Notes: a model not told the origin generated them from the letters alone. Positions 1 to 9,943 are shown, numbered from the stretch's first letter. The stretch is DNA of 64,000 nt from an uncultured Prevotella sp. (GCA_905198745.1 CAJKDU010000007.1:7565-71564), one strand, 5' to 3'. A program made the numbers and translations.

Positions 1-27
1 CAGTGTGAAAGAATAGGAGAGAGGAAC

Positions 28-891
28 ATGCCACAGATAGAAATAGACAACGGCAGTGGCTTCTGCTTCGGCGTGACCACTGCCATCAGCAAGGCGGAGG
101 AAGAACTTGCCAAGGGAGGCACCCTCTATTGCCTGGGCGACATTGTGCACAATGGCATGGAGTGCGAACGCCTGCGCAGGATGGGACTGGTCACCATCAA
201 CCATGAGGAGATGGAACGCCTGCACAACGTGAAGGTGCTCCTCCGTGCCCACGGTGAACCACCCGAGACCTACGAACTGGCACGCCGCAACAACATAGAG
301 ATTATCGACGCCACGTGTCCCGTGGTGCTCGCCCTGCAGCGGCGCATCCACCGGCAGTATGCCGCCAACCCTGACGCACAGATTGTCATCTTCGGCAAGA
401 ACGGACATGCCGAGGTGCTCGGACTGGTGGGGCAGACCCATAGTCGTGCACGGGTGATAGAGAACCTGGACGATGCCAAGCGACTCGACCTGCACCATGA
501 CATCTACCTCTACTCGCAGACCACCAAGTCGCTCGACGAGTTCCACCGCATCATCAACTACATCCAGGAGAACATACACCCCGATGCCTCCTTCAAGAGC
601 TTCGACACCATCTGTCGACAGGTGGCCAACCGCATGCCCAACATCTCCACCTTTGCCGCCCGCCACGACCTCATACTCTTTGTCTGCGGCCACAAGAGCA
701 GCAACGGCAAGGTGCTCTTCAAGGAATGTTGCAGGGTCAACGCCAACAGTCACCAGATAGAATGTGCCGACGAGATACAGCGCGACTGGCTCAAGGACGT
801 GAAGACCATAGGTATCTGCGGTGCCACCAGCACACCGAAGTGGCTGATGGAGCAGTGCCGTGACCACGTGCAGGGATTGATAACAGGCTAA
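28..891 (+). CDS. ispH: 4-hydroxy-3-methylbut-2-enyl diphosphate reductase
   Basis: GFCFGV, IVHN, RAHG, DATCP, SQTT, TICRQV, SSNG and GATSTP motifs of the IspH/LytB family. Confidence 0.97.
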   Translation: MPQIEIDNGSGFCFGVTTAISKAEEELAKGGTLYCLGDIVHNGMECERLRRMGLVTINHEEMERLHNVKVLLRAHGEPPETYELARRNNIEIIDATCPVVLALQRRIHRQYAANPDAQIVIFGKNGHAEVLGLVGQTHSRARVIENLDDAKRLDLHHDIYLYSQTTKSLDEFHRIINYIQENIHPDASFKSFDTICRQVANRMPNISTFAARHDLILFVCGHKSSNGKVLFKECCRVNANSHQIECADEIQRDWLKDVKTIGICGATSTPKWLMEQCRDHVQGLITG

Positions 892-918
892 GCCCCGGAA
901 GGCAGACGGACAATAACG

Positions 919-964
919 GCAAAGGCTGAGTGCCGTTTCAAGGGAAGCGGCACCCAGCCTTTGC
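919..964. terminator. hairpin between convergent ispH and cmk
   Basis: GCAAAGGCTGAGTGCCG...CGGCACCCAGCCTTTGC inverted repeat. Confidence 0.6.
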
Positions 965-985
965 TCGCTGGCGGGGAAGAAGAGG

Positions 986-1672
986 CTATTCGGCCTTCTC
1001 CCTGAATTTCTCCATGAGCCATGCCTTCTGCTCGGCAATGGTCATGTGGCTGTTGTCCAGCTCAATGGCATCGTCGGCCTTGCGCAGTGGCGATACCTCG
1101 CGGTGCGAATCAATGTAGTCGCGCTCCTGCACGTTCTTCAGAATCTCGTCGTAGTCGGCAGGCATCCCCTTCTCCTTCAGCTCGTCGTAGCGGCGCTGGG
1201 CACGCACCTCGGCAGAGGCGGTGACGAAGATCTTCAGTTCGGCTTGCGGAAACACGGTGGTGCCGATGTCGCGTCCGTCCATCACGATGCCCTTCTCCGT
1301 TCCCATCAGCTGTTGCTGCTCCACCATGGCACTGCGCACGAAGGGCAGGGCAGCTACCACGCTCACGCGGTTAGACACGTCGAGCGTGCGGATGTCGCGC
1401 TCCACCAGTTCGCCGTTGAGATAGGTGTCGGGACGCCCCGTTTCGTTGTTGAACTTGAACCCGATGTGGATGTCCCCCATCTGGCTCTGAAGAGCCTCGG
1501 TGTCAATCTCCTTGCCGCTGAACAGTCCGTGGTGCATGGCATAGAGCGTCACCGCACGATACATGGCACCCGTGTCCACATAGATATAGCCCACTTCGCG
1601 GGCCAGGTCTTTCGCCATAGTGCTCTTTCCGCAAGAGGAAAAGCCGTCTATGGCTATCACAATCTTTTTCAT
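986..1672 (-). CDS. cmk: cytidylate kinase
   Basis: [14 protein letters not shown]-loop, [16 protein letters not shown] and SPLRKADDA motifs. Confidence 0.97.
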   Translation of the reverse strand: MKKIVIAIDGFSSCGKSTMAKDLAREVGYIYVDTGAMYRAVTLYAMHHGLFSGKEIDTEALQSQMGDIHIGFKFNNETGRPDTYLNGELVERDIRTLDVSNRVSVVAALPFVRSAMVEQQQLMGTEKGIVMDGRDIGTTVFPQAELKIFVTASAEVRAQRRYDELKEKGMPADYDEILKNVQERDYIDSHREVSPLRKADDAIELDNSHMTIAEQKAWLMEKFREKAE

Positions 1673-1698
1673 ATATATAAGTTGGTTTGTTGCTTAGT

Positions 1699-2649
1699 CT
1701 ATAGGGTGTAGGCAGCACTTACCACGAGAGACGACGACGACACGTGGTATGTGCCGTAGGCCACGTTCAGCTTGAATCGCTCCAGACTGATGCCGCCGCC
1801 GAACGACAGGCCGGCTCCGTGGCTGCTGCTGCGTTCCTCGCCCGTGGCAAGTATACTCATCTCGTCTGCCCGTCTGAAATGGTAGCCACCGCCAATCCAG
1901 AGCGCATTTCCCAGCAGGATGTCGGCACCCAGCACCAGGTGGTTCACAAAGCGGTAGTTCCAGTGGTTCAGGTCTACCAGTGTGGCATGGAGCCTGAACG
2001 GTGCGGCGGCAAACTGCTTGCTGAAGCCCACCTGCAAGTCGAGTGGCATCTTCTCAAACTCCTCGTCGTAAGCCTTGATTTGTCCGCCCAGGTTGCGTGC
2101 CACGGCAGAGAGGCTCAGTTCATGCTCCGGGTCGTAGTAGTTCACGCCCAGGTCCACACCCACAGCCCACGAGTTGTAGTCGCCGATGTTGGAGTTGATG
2201 ATTCGGGCAGTGATGCCGCCCACAACTTTCGCTCCGAGCTGGTAGGACAAGTGGCCGGAAATGGCAATGTCCTTGGCGGAGAACTGTCCCGTCTCTATGT
2301 TGTCGTCCGTAGTCTCGCGCATCTTCCCGTAGTCCATGTATTGTGCGCTGGCACCCCACGAGAGCTTCTCTGTGGCTACACGCGAGAATGATGCCCCCAG
2401 CATGTTGGCGCCCTTCATGTAGTTCATGAAGTTGAAGCCAATGCTCTTGTCGCTGACCGAAGAGAGCAGGGCAGGGTTGGCCAGGACGAGCGAAGGGTCG
2501 TCTTCCACTACCGTCACGTTCTCGCCGCCCAAAGCAGCAATACGTGCACTGGCGGGCAGTCTCAGAAAGTTGTATGCCGTCTGGCTTTCCTGCGCATGGA
2601 GCACTGGGGCCCATAGGGCAAGGAAGAGTGCAAAAACACTTTTTTTCAT
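1699..2649 (-). CDS. porQ: type IX secretion system outer-membrane protein PorQ
   Basis: Signal peptide, FLRLPASARIAALGG and NPALL N-terminal motifs, amphipathic beta-strands; next to cmk as in other Bacteroidota. Confidence 0.8.
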   Translation of the reverse strand: MKKSVFALFLALWAPVLHAQESQTAYNFLRLPASARIAALGGENVTVVEDDPSLVLANPALLSSVSDKSIGFNFMNYMKGANMLGASFSRVATEKLSWGASAQYMDYGKMRETTDDNIETGQFSAKDIAISGHLSYQLGAKVVGGITARIINSNIGDYNSWAVGVDLGVNYYDPEHELSLSAVARNLGGQIKAYDEEFEKMPLDLQVGFSKQFAAAPFRLHATLVDLNHWNYRFVNHLVLGADILLGNALWIGGGYHFRRADEMSILATGEERSSSHGAGLSFGGGISLERFKLNVAYGTYHVSSSSLVVSAAYTL

Positions 2650-2671
2650 CGCTTGTTCCTAATTTTATCCG

Positions 2672-2679
2672 CAAAGATA
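2672..2679 (-). promoter_or_regulatory. Bacteroidota -7 promoter box (TATCTTTG) for porQ-cmk
   Basis: Matches TAnnTTTG about 22 nt upstream of the porQ start. Confidence 0.6.
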
Positions 2680-2833
2680 CTCATTTTTCAAATATCTTCA
2701 TTAATTTTGTTGCTTGAATCCGTGTGAGTTCCACGTCACAACATGTATATAAACGCATGATTCGCCGGAATATTTCCAATGCCGGGATATTTTTGACGTG
2801 ACCACTCAACGGAACACAAGAAAGAACTGAATA

Positions 2834-3574
2834 ATGGAAATCAAGAAATCGCCTCTGGCAGACTTGGAGAAATACAGGCTTACAGCTTGGCTCACCGGAC
2901 TGGTCGTCGTGCTCTCCGTGGCGTTCGTCGCACTTGAGTATACCTCAGGTTCCGGGCAGGAAGACGACATGAGCGACCAACTGGACGACCTGGCACAGGA
3001 CTTTGAAAGCATTCCCGCCCTCGAACAGAAAGACATGGTGGCGGCTGCTCCTGCCCAGACTTCCAAGGCCATGACCGAGAAAATCAATACCGTGAAGCAC
3101 ACGGACTTGGTGGACAAACTCAACGAAGACAAGTTGAATGCCGACGCCAACATCAGTGGCGAAGGCGTGTCGGCAAGCGGACTTGACAATGCTGACGCCT
3201 CCAAGACGACCGACGACACACAGGCTCTCTCGCCATTGCCGGTGAAAGACCCCAACAACCCGCTCAACTTCCGGGTGGTGGAAGAACTGCCCGACTTTCC
3301 CGGTGGCATGGTGGAATTCATGAAGTGGCTCCGCAAGAACCTGCGCTATCCACCCATGGCACGGCAGCAGAAGATAGAAGGCAAGGTGGTGGTGTCGTTT
3401 ATCATCGGCAAGGACGGAACGCCCGCAGCAGCCAAGATTGTCACCTCCGTAGACCCGTTGCTCGACCGTGAGGCACTCCGGGTGGTGCGCATGCTCCCCA
3501 AATGGAAACCCGGAACACAAAAAGGCAAGCCTTGCCAAACCATGGTTTGCATACCCATTGTATTCAAGTTATAA
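2834..3574 (+). CDS. tonB: energy transducer TonB family protein
   Basis: MEIKKSPLADLE N-terminus, one TM helix, TonB_C domain (PDFPGG, LRYP, EGKVVVSF, WKPG). Confidence 0.88.
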   Translation: MEIKKSPLADLEKYRLTAWLTGLVVVLSVAFVALEYTSGSGQEDDMSDQLDDLAQDFESIPALEQKDMVAAAPAQTSKAMTEKINTVKHTDLVDKLNEDKLNADANISGEGVSASGLDNADASKTTDDTQALSPLPVKDPNNPLNFRVVEELPDFPGGMVEFMKWLRKNLRYPPMARQQKIEGKVVVSFIIGKDGTPAAAKIVTSVDPLLDREALRVVRMLPKWKPGTQKGKPCQTMVCIPIVFKL

Positions 3575-3587
3575 AATCAAAATAATT

Positions 3588-4562
3588 ATGTTTACAGCCC
3601 AAGAAATCCTCGACGAGGTCAACTCGTTTATCGACCGACTGCCGTATGACCGCAAGCCCGAGAGTCTGTATGCACCTATCCGCTACGTGCTCTCTATGGG
3701 CGGCAAGCGCATACGGCCCACGTTGATGCTTCTGGCCTACAATCTCTACAAGGACGATCCTGCCAGTATCCTCATGCCGGCTTGCGCCCTGGAAACCTAT
3801 CACAACTTTACACTCCTGCACGACGACCTGATGGACCGTGCCGACATGCGCAGGGGAAAGCCTACAGCCCACAAGAAGTGGGGCGACAATGCAGCCGTGC
3901 TTTCGGGCGACGCCATGCTCGTGCAGGCTTATGAGCGCATGGTGCATGTGCCCGACGACAAGATACGTCCCGTGATGGAACTCTTCAACAACACTTCGCT
4001 CGAAATATGTGAGGGACAGCAACTCGACATGGAGTTTGAAACCCGGACCGACGTGACGGAAGATGAATACATCGAGATGATACGCCTCAAGACCAGTGTG
4101 CTCCTGGCATGTGCCCTCAAGATGGGTGCCGTGCTGGCAGACGCTCCCGGTGCCGATGCCGACAACCTCTATCATTTCGGCGAGAAGATAGGACTTGCCT
4201 TCCAACTGCAGGACGACTACCTCGATGTCTACGGTGACCCGGCAGTGTTCGGAAAGGCTATCGGAGGCGACATTATTTCCAACAAGAAAACCTATATGCT
4301 CATCAATGCCTGGAACATGGCAGACCACGACCAGCGCACGGAACTCGAGCACTGGATAACTGCAGACAAGTTTGATGCGCAGGAAAAGATTGCCGCCGTG
4401 ACGAGATTATATAATGAAATAGGTGTAAACCGCTTGGCGGAGAACAAGATTACGGAGTATTTCGAGGAAAGCAGGAAGTATCTGGCTGCCATCTCCGTGG
4501 AACCCGAACGCAAGAGGGTACTCACGGCATATACCGATGCCATGATGAAACGCAAGAAATAA
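3588..4562 (+). CDS. ispA: polyprenyl (geranyl/farnesyl) diphosphate synthase
   Basis: GGKRIRP, LLHDDLMD and FQLQDDYLD aspartate-rich motifs; start taken at ATG 3588. Confidence 0.9.
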   Translation: MFTAQEILDEVNSFIDRLPYDRKPESLYAPIRYVLSMGGKRIRPTLMLLAYNLYKDDPASILMPACALETYHNFTLLHDDLMDRADMRRGKPTAHKKWGDNAAVLSGDAMLVQAYERMVHVPDDKIRPVMELFNNTSLEICEGQQLDMEFETRTDVTEDEYIEMIRLKTSVLLACALKMGAVLADAPGADADNLYHFGEKIGLAFQLQDDYLDVYGDPAVFGKAIGGDIISNKKTYMLINAWNMADHDQRTELEHWITADKFDAQEKIAAVTRLYNEIGVNRLAENKITEYFEESRKYLAAISVEPERKRVLTAYTDAMMKRKK

Positions 4563-4572
4563 CTATCACGAA

Positions 4573-5283
4573 ATGCCCTACAGAAGACTACCGAAGACTG
4601 ACACCGCACGGCTCAAGACACTCAAGACGCTACTTGGCAACGACAGCATCTATACAGCCCGCGAGCGATTCCTGGACTGGAAGGTGCTCAACAGTGCCCA
4701 GCCTCTGTATGACCGCCTGCTCACTGCTGCCGAACAGTATCGCATGTGCTTCAACGCGCAGGTGCGCAACTCCGACAAGATAGACAAGTTGCAGCGCCGA
4801 GCCACCATGTATGTGAGTCATTTCCTTCAGGTGCTCTTCATGACCATAGAGCGAGGCGAAATCAAGCGCCCGCTGCTCAGTCTTTACGGACTGGACGAAG
4901 CCGCAACCGCATTGCCTGCCATCAACACCATGGAAGGACTGGGCAGATGGGCTGAGAAAACCATCGAGGGCGAGAAGCAACGCATTGCCCGGGGCGGTCG
5001 TCCTATCTACAATCCTACCATAGGAATGGTGGCTACCCACTACGACATCTTTCGTGAGGCCTACCAGGCACAGCGCCTACTCCAGGAGCGCACACAGCGT
5101 GCACAGGATGAACTGAAGGCCATACGCCCTGAGGTGGATGCCGTCATCCTGGAACTGTGGAACCAGATTGAGGCGCATTATGCCGACTTACCGGCGGAAG
5201 AGCGGTTCAAGGCGGCTACAAGGCTGGGTGTGGTGTACTACAACCGGCGCAACGAACACTTTAATTTCAAAGACGATGATTGA
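4573..5283 (+). CDS. conserved hypothetical protein (MPYRRLP N-terminus)
   Basis: 236-aa ORF inside the ispA-tatD operon; its stop overlaps the tatD start. Confidence 0.8.
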   Translation: MPYRRLPKTDTARLKTLKTLLGNDSIYTARERFLDWKVLNSAQPLYDRLLTAAEQYRMCFNAQVRNSDKIDKLQRRATMYVSHFLQVLFMTIERGEIKRPLLSLYGLDEAATALPAINTMEGLGRWAEKTIEGEKQRIARGGRPIYNPTIGMVATHYDIFREAYQAQRLLQERTQRAQDELKAIRPEVDAVILELWNQIEAHYADLPAEERFKAATRLGVVYYNRRNEHFNFKDDD

Positions 5284-6070
5284 TACCCATACACACATGG
5301 ACGGCACGGAATTTGACGAAGACCGTGACCAGGCCGTGGAAAGAGCCCGCCAGGCAGGCGTGAGCCGCTTGTTCCTGCCTGCCATCAACCTGGCTTCGAT
5401 AGATACCGTGCTTGCCATGGTGCGCCGTTATCCCGGCTTTGCCTATCCGATGATAGGACTTCATCCCGAGGAGGTGAATGGCGACTGGCGTGAGACGCTG
5501 GCAAAGATGCATGCCCGGCTCACAGCCCAACAGGATGTGCCTGCGGAGGAGCGGTTCATCGCAATAGGTGAAGTGGGACTGGACTATTATTGGAGCAGAG
5601 AGTTCGAGAAAGAACAGCTTGCTGCTTTCGAGAAACAAGTGGAGTGGTCGGTGGAAACCCGCCTGCCGTTGATGATTCATTGCCGCAAGGCACAGAACGA
5701 GATGGTGAAGATTCTCCGTGGCTATCGTGACGAACTTCCCGGAGGCGTGTTCCATTGCTTCACGGGCAACCTTCACGAGGCGGAAGAACTCCTCGAGTTT
5801 CCACGGTTTGCCCTCGGCATAGGCGGTGTGCTCACGTTCAAGAAGAGCCATCTGCCCGAGGTGCTGCCCCATGTGCCTCTCGACAGGGTGGTGCTCGAAA
5901 CCGATTCTCCCTACATGGCTCCCGTTCCCAACCGTGGCAAGCGCAACGAGAGTGCCTACGTGGCGCTGGTCATGGAGCGTATGGCAGAGTGCTACGGGGT
6001 GACTCCCGCTGAGGTGGAAAGACAGACCGACGCCAATGCTGAACGCTTGTTCCCGCTGGCATTCACTTAA
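5276..6070 (+). CDS. tatD: TatD family hydrolase
   Basis: IDTHTH, GLHP, IGEVGLDY, IHCR, VFHCF and LETDSPY motifs; start at ATG 5276. Confidence 0.95.
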   Translation: MIDTHTHMDGTEFDEDRDQAVERARQAGVSRLFLPAINLASIDTVLAMVRRYPGFAYPMIGLHPEEVNGDWRETLAKMHARLTAQQDVPAEERFIAIGEVGLDYYWSREFEKEQLAAFEKQVEWSVETRLPLMIHCRKAQNEMVKILRGYRDELPGGVFHCFTGNLHEAEELLEFPRFALGIGGVLTFKKSHLPEVLPHVPLDRVVLETDSPYMAPVPNRGKRNESAYVALVMERMAECYGVTPAEVERQTDANAERLFPLAFT

Positions 6071-6129
6071 AGAATCCTAAAAAACGTGTGTTCCGGCAAG
6101 GAGTGTTCGTTTATTTGAAATAAAAAGGA

Positions 6130-6137
6130 TAATTTTG
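6130..6137 (+). promoter_or_regulatory. -7 promoter box (TAATTTTG) for tRNA-Ser
   Basis: TAnnTTTG about 35 nt upstream of the tRNA. Confidence 0.6.
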
Positions 6138-6171
6138 CACCGCATTTCGACAATGCAGCAATCAGCCTCAA

Positions 6172-6259
6172 GGAAAGATGCTCGAGTGGCTGAAGAGGCA
6201 CGCCTGGAAAGCGTGTATACGTCTAAAGCGTATCGGGGGTTCGAATCCCCCTCTTTCCG
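6172..6259 (+). tRNA. tRNA-Ser (anticodon GGA)
   Basis: Acceptor stem GGAAAGA/TCTTTCC, anticodon arm CACGC-CTGGAAA-GCGTG, long variable arm, GGTTCGAATCC T-loop; CCA not encoded. Confidence 0.96.
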
Positions 6260-6275
6260 CAGATTTTTTCATACG

Positions 6276-6312
6276 AAAAGGATTCATGCCACGATGGCTT
6301 GGATCCTTTTTT
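6276..6312 (+). terminator. intrinsic terminator after tRNA-Ser
   Basis: AAAAGGATTC...GGATCCTTTTTT hairpin with T-tract. Confidence 0.6.
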
Positions 6313-6462
6313 AGCTTTTCAGCCCTTGTGCTTTTTCCCCGTCAGTCTTCTTTTATAAGGTTCATTCCCAATGTGGGGCAGCCACTGTTGCAGCCCTGTG
6401 TCGGAATGGATGCCCATATCTTCCGAAGCGGATGACATCGTGTAACAACCCTGTTGCAGCTC

Positions 6463-6582
6463 GTTAGTGGCAGACTAACGAGGTGTTAGTGGCAGACTTC
6501 CGCTTGGGGTCCACGACTTGGCATCCATTGCCACGGCCGTGGGCAACGATTGCCCAAACGGCGGAACCGATTTTGGGCAATC
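6463..6582 (+). repeat. modular intergenic repeat, partial copy (22-bp units plus GC hairpin)
   Basis: Two GTTAGTGGCAGACT units 22 bp apart, then TTGCCACGGCCGTGGGCAA hairpin and GATTTTGGGCA, collinear with the copies at 29.3 and 52.4 kb. Confidence 0.85.
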
Positions 6583-6731
6583 TGTTGTCATTCTTCTCCT
6601 GACGTATCTGTGTGATACCATGTCCAGGCTGTAGCTTTCGCGAGTCCCTGAAAAACAGCATCACGCACATTGGCTGTAATGTTTCTGCCAACGTGCGTGA
6701 TGCCACTGTATGCTAATGAAAAGGAGTTTTC

Positions 6732-7502
6732 CTACTTGCTTGTTTCCAGTCCGCTGCGCTTGGTGCGCCGGTAGCTGCGGTAGTCGTCGAGCGGAATCTC
6801 GATGTCGGGTTCGGTGAGCGAGCCTTCGCGGGGCAACCGGAACTTCATGTATTTGATGTTCAGTCCCCTGTCTATCCATTGGCTCTCGTAGTAAGTCTGT
6901 ATGCCGAGAATCTTGCTGGTGTCGGGGTCGATGCCTTCCGTGTGGTAGAGGTCTTCCGTGCGGAAGAGCAGCGGCAGATGGTTGCCTTCTACCATATAGG
7001 TGGTGTAGGTGAAGAGGAAGTTGGAGTCGGTCTTCAGGTGAATCAGTCCTCCGTCTACCAGGAAGCGGCGGTAGCGTTGCATGAAATAAGTACTGGTGAG
7101 TCGCTTGCGTGGGTTCTTCATCTGCGGGTCGCTGAAGGTAAGCCATATCTCCTGCACTTCATCCTCGGCGAAGAAGCGGTCTATGATTTCGATGTTGGTG
7201 CGGAGAAATGCCACGTTGGGCAGATTCTCCTCCTGTGCCTGCTTGGCTCCTGTGTGCATGCGGGCGCCCTTGATGTCGACGCCGATGAAGTTTACTTCGG
7301 GGAAAAGCTTGGCCAGTCCTACCGTATATTCACCTTTGCCGCAGCCCAACTCCAGGACGATGGGGTTGGAATTGTGGAAATACTGCTCACGCCATTTGCC
7401 TTTCATCTCAAACGGCACGTTGTCGATGACCGAGAACGGATACTGGAAGACATTGCTGAAGGTCTCCATCTCGGCGAATTTCTGTAGTTTACCTTTGCTC
7501 AT
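6732..7502 (-). CDS. trmB: tRNA (guanine-N7)-methyltransferase
   Basis: [23 protein letters not shown] and HLKTDS motifs. Confidence 0.95.
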   Translation of the reverse strand: MSKGKLQKFAEMETFSNVFQYPFSVIDNVPFEMKGKWREQYFHNSNPIVLELGCGKGEYTVGLAKLFPEVNFIGVDIKGARMHTGAKQAQEENLPNVAFLRTNIEIIDRFFAEDEVQEIWLTFSDPQMKNPRKRLTSTYFMQRYRRFLVDGGLIHLKTDSNFLFTYTTYMVEGNHLPLLFRTEDLYHTEGIDPDTSKILGIQTYYESQWIDRGLNIKYMKFRLPREGSLTEPDIEIPLDDYRSYRRTKRSGLETSK

Positions 7503-7518
7503 ATATTGTTTTTGGCTG

Positions 7519-7526
7519 CAAATTTA
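7519..7526 (-). promoter_or_regulatory. -7 promoter box (TAAATTTG) for trmB
   Basis: TAnnTTTG 16 nt upstream of the start. Confidence 0.6.
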
Positions 7527-7558
7527 GGCATTATTCTCCATTTGGGCAAACCGAGGGC

Positions 7559-8824
7559 CTACTTATTGTTGATGTTCCAGCGCAGTCCCAGTTGCAGGTT
7601 GAAGTTCCAGGGATGCTCCTTGTAGTAGTTCTCGAGCGAGGAGTGGTTGTTGAAGTAATACTTCACGCCGGGTTCCACGTAGACGCCCAGTTGGGGCAGA
7701 AAGTCATATTGCACGCCCACGGAAGCGTCTGCCGACCATTGTGTGCGGTCTTTCTTGATGTCGTTGTCGATGCCTTCTGTCTCCATGCTTGCCTTGATGT
7801 TCTTGTCCATCTCGCCTCCGGCTGCCACATAGGCTGCCAGTCCGCCCCATTTCAGTAGCCTGTATTCAGCTTTCAGCGGGATGCCGATGTAGTGGAGAAT
7901 CTGCTTGTCGACCATGCTGATGCCGGCAGACTGGTGGGTGAAGTCGGAGCGCAGGCGTGTGTAGACCAATCCTGTGGAAACAGCCCACCGTGAGGTGAGG
8001 TGGTATTTGGCGGTCATGCCTATGCTGACGGGCATTTTGTGCTCCGTCTTTTCCTTGGCGTCTTCCATGTAGCGGGGCATGACACCTGAGAGAAGAAGTC
8101 CGTCGACAGGAATGAAAGGCATTTCGTTGCTCGACATGACTGCCAGCACTGGCTGTGAACTGATGTCGCCCGATGCGTTGCCCATCATCATGTTGGCCGC
8201 GTAGAGGGCTGCGCTCCACCCTGTGCCCTTGTGCTTGCTGGAGGTGGCTGTGCGTGTGAACTTGGGCTCACGATGAGTGACCGGACGCTGTGCGGCTGCT
8301 TGGCGTGCGGGTTGAGGCCTTTGGCTTGCCGTGGCGGTATCGGACAGAGCTGTGACCGCAACCGGCTGGTCGGTGGATGCCAAGGCCACGATGTCCGTTT
8401 CCGCAGCCTCCAAGGGCGCATGGTCAGCCTTCCCGTTGTCGGTGCCATGCGCTTGTGCAGCCATGCGCTGTTGTGGCGAAAGGGCTGCCACAAGCGAGGC
8501 TCCTCTCTGTGACGGAGTTGCAGGGACATCCTGTTCGGATGTTCCAGTCGGTTCATGGCTCCCCTGTTGCCTTTCCTGCGCCACCCTTATGTCGGCAGGC
8601 AGGGTGCTCACGGGATTGAAGAACACGAGTCCTGCACCAGCCAGCAGCAGTATGCACGCAGCCGCTGCCACCCATCTGAAGAGTGGCACGGTGTGCTTGG
8701 CGGCAGGCTTGGCAGCCGACTTGTCGAGCTTGCGCTCGATGTCTGCCCATAAGCCGTCGGGCACCGGCGACTGATGTTCTTCCAACTTATCCCTTAGCAG
8801 GTCTGTCCAGTTATCATTGTTCAT
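7559..8824 (-). CDS. putative anti-sigma factor with TM helix, disordered linker and C-terminal outer-membrane beta-barrel (Dma-like)
   Basis: Short N-terminal domain, hydrophobic helix WVAAAACILLLAGAGLVFF, low-complexity A/T/Q/P linker, beta-barrel strands ending FNLQLGLRWNI; directly downstream of an ECF sigma gene. Confidence 0.75.
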   Translation of the reverse strand: MNNDNWTDLLRDKLEEHQSPVPDGLWADIERKLDKSAAKPAAKHTVPLFRWVAAAACILLLAGAGLVFFNPVSTLPADIRVAQERQQGSHEPTGTSEQDVPATPSQRGASLVAALSPQQRMAAQAHGTDNGKADHAPLEAAETDIVALASTDQPVAVTALSDTATASQRPQPARQAAAQRPVTHREPKFTRTATSSKHKGTGWSAALYAANMMMGNASGDISSQPVLAVMSSNEMPFIPVDGLLLSGVMPRYMEDAKEKTEHKMPVSIGMTAKYHLTSRWAVSTGLVYTRLRSDFTHQSAGISMVDKQILHYIGIPLKAEYRLLKWGGLAAYVAAGGEMDKNIKASMETEGIDNDIKKDRTQWSADASVGVQYDFLPQLGVYVEPGVKYYFNNHSSLENYYKEHPWNFNLQLGLRWNINNK

Positions 8825-8825
8825 G

Positions 8826-9359
8826 TCATTGTTTGTTTAAATATTCGTTGATCATCTTGGCCAGCAGCCGCTTGGCGCGTAGAAATTGCGAGGCGGAAGT
8901 GCTCTCCTTGATGCCCAGGAGCTGGGCAATCTCCTTGTGCTTTTTCCCCTCAAACACGTAGAGGTTTACAATCATGCGGTAGCCCGAAGGCAAGTGGGCC
9001 ACCATGTCCATCAACACCTTGGGCGGCACCTGCTCCACGTCGGGGTCTTCATCGGGTGTGTCGGGCATGTCGTCTGTAAATGTGAACTTCTGGTTCTGCC
9101 GCACGAAGTTGAGCGATTCGTTGGCCACAATCCGCAATATCCATGCCCTGAGCGACCCCTCGCCACGATAGTCGAAGGAATCTATGCGGGTGAATACCTT
9201 CACGAAACTGTCCTGCAAAAGGTCGTGTGCGGCATCGCTGTCGGACACATAGCGCCTGACCACCGATGCCGCATAGCCCGCATACCGCTCATACAACTGG
9301 TGCATGGCTTGGCGGTTGCCTTCTTTCACCTCCTGCTGGAGTTTCTCTTCAGATTCCAA
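8826..9359 (-). CDS. ECF RNA polymerase sigma-70 factor
   Basis: DLLQDSFVKVF and LRAWILRIVAN (region 2), LPSGYR...HKEIAQLLGI (region 4); TTG start. Confidence 0.93.
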   Translation of the reverse strand: MESEEKLQQEVKEGNRQAMHQLYERYAGYAASVVRRYVSDSDAAHDLLQDSFVKVFTRIDSFDYRGEGSLRAWILRIVANESLNFVRQNQKFTFTDDMPDTPDEDPDVEQVPPKVLMDMVAHLPSGYRMIVNLYVFEGKKHKEIAQLLGIKESTSASQFLRAKRLLAKMINEYLNKQ

Positions 9360-9379
9360 TATCTATATTGCTTTTGTGC

Positions 9380-9943
9380 TTATTTCTTGGTTGTATAGGT
9401 GAGCGTGAGGTTGCTCACGGTGTTTTCCTCCTCGTTTCCCTCCTGGTCCAGCAGTTCGTAACCGGTGAGCCGGAGGGTAATCAGAAAGTTGTCCGACAGG
9501 AGGGAGTAGGTGGCTTGGTTGCCCGACTGGACCCCTGCGTAGGCAGGAAGCGTGATGAACTTGAGCCGGAGCAACTTTCCCTCTCCGTTTATCCGGAGCT
9601 GTGCTTGCCACACATTGTCGCGTATGGCATAGTAGGCCGCCTTGTCCGATGATCCGCTCAGCGCGAATTCCATGCCGTAAGTGCCGGGCTGTATCTCCAC
9701 CTCCTTGTCGGGAAACAGTGCTTGGACAAGACTTTGCATGGGGAAATCTGGAAACGTGAACTGCATGGCCGACACCTTCATGGAGCCTTCCGTGCTGTGT
9801 CCGCCTATGTTCCACGTGCCCTGGTAGGCCACTTCCCCACGGCCGGAATCGAAGTAACGTCCTGTCTCGTCGTCCGAATCGCTGCAGGCAGAGAAGGTGA
9901 GCGTGCAGAGCGTGATGAGGAGATAAGAAAATAGTCTATGCAT
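9380..9943 (-). CDS. lipoprotein of unknown function, first gene of the ECF operon
   Basis: Lipobox TFSAC followed by acidic SDSDDE; start taken at ATG 9943. Confidence 0.75.
   Translation of the reverse strand: MHRLFSYLLITLCTLTFSACSDSDDETGRYFDSGRGEVAYQGTWNIGGHSTEGSMKVSAMQFTFPDFPMQSLVQALFPDKEVEIQPGTYGMEFALSGSSDKAAYYAIRDNVWQAQLRINGEGKLLRLKFITLPAYAGVQSGNQATYSLLSDNFLITLRLTGYELLDQEGNEEENTVSNLTLTYTTKK

Noticed and set aside
2764..2793. Short GCCGG(A/G)ATATTT direct repeat upstream of tonB
   Set aside because: Only two short copies; cannot be distinguished from chance
6398..6409. 12-bp GTGTCGGAATGG also present at 29181, upstream of two repeat copies
   Set aside because: The distance to the arrays differs and it is not evident at other copies; too short to extend the element boundary
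6178..6435. 85-aa ORF
   Set aside because: Overlaps the tRNA gene and its terminator
6172..6460. tRNA-Ser as the integration site of an island
   Set aside because: No integrase follows it, and I found no duplicate of the tRNA 3' end in the window
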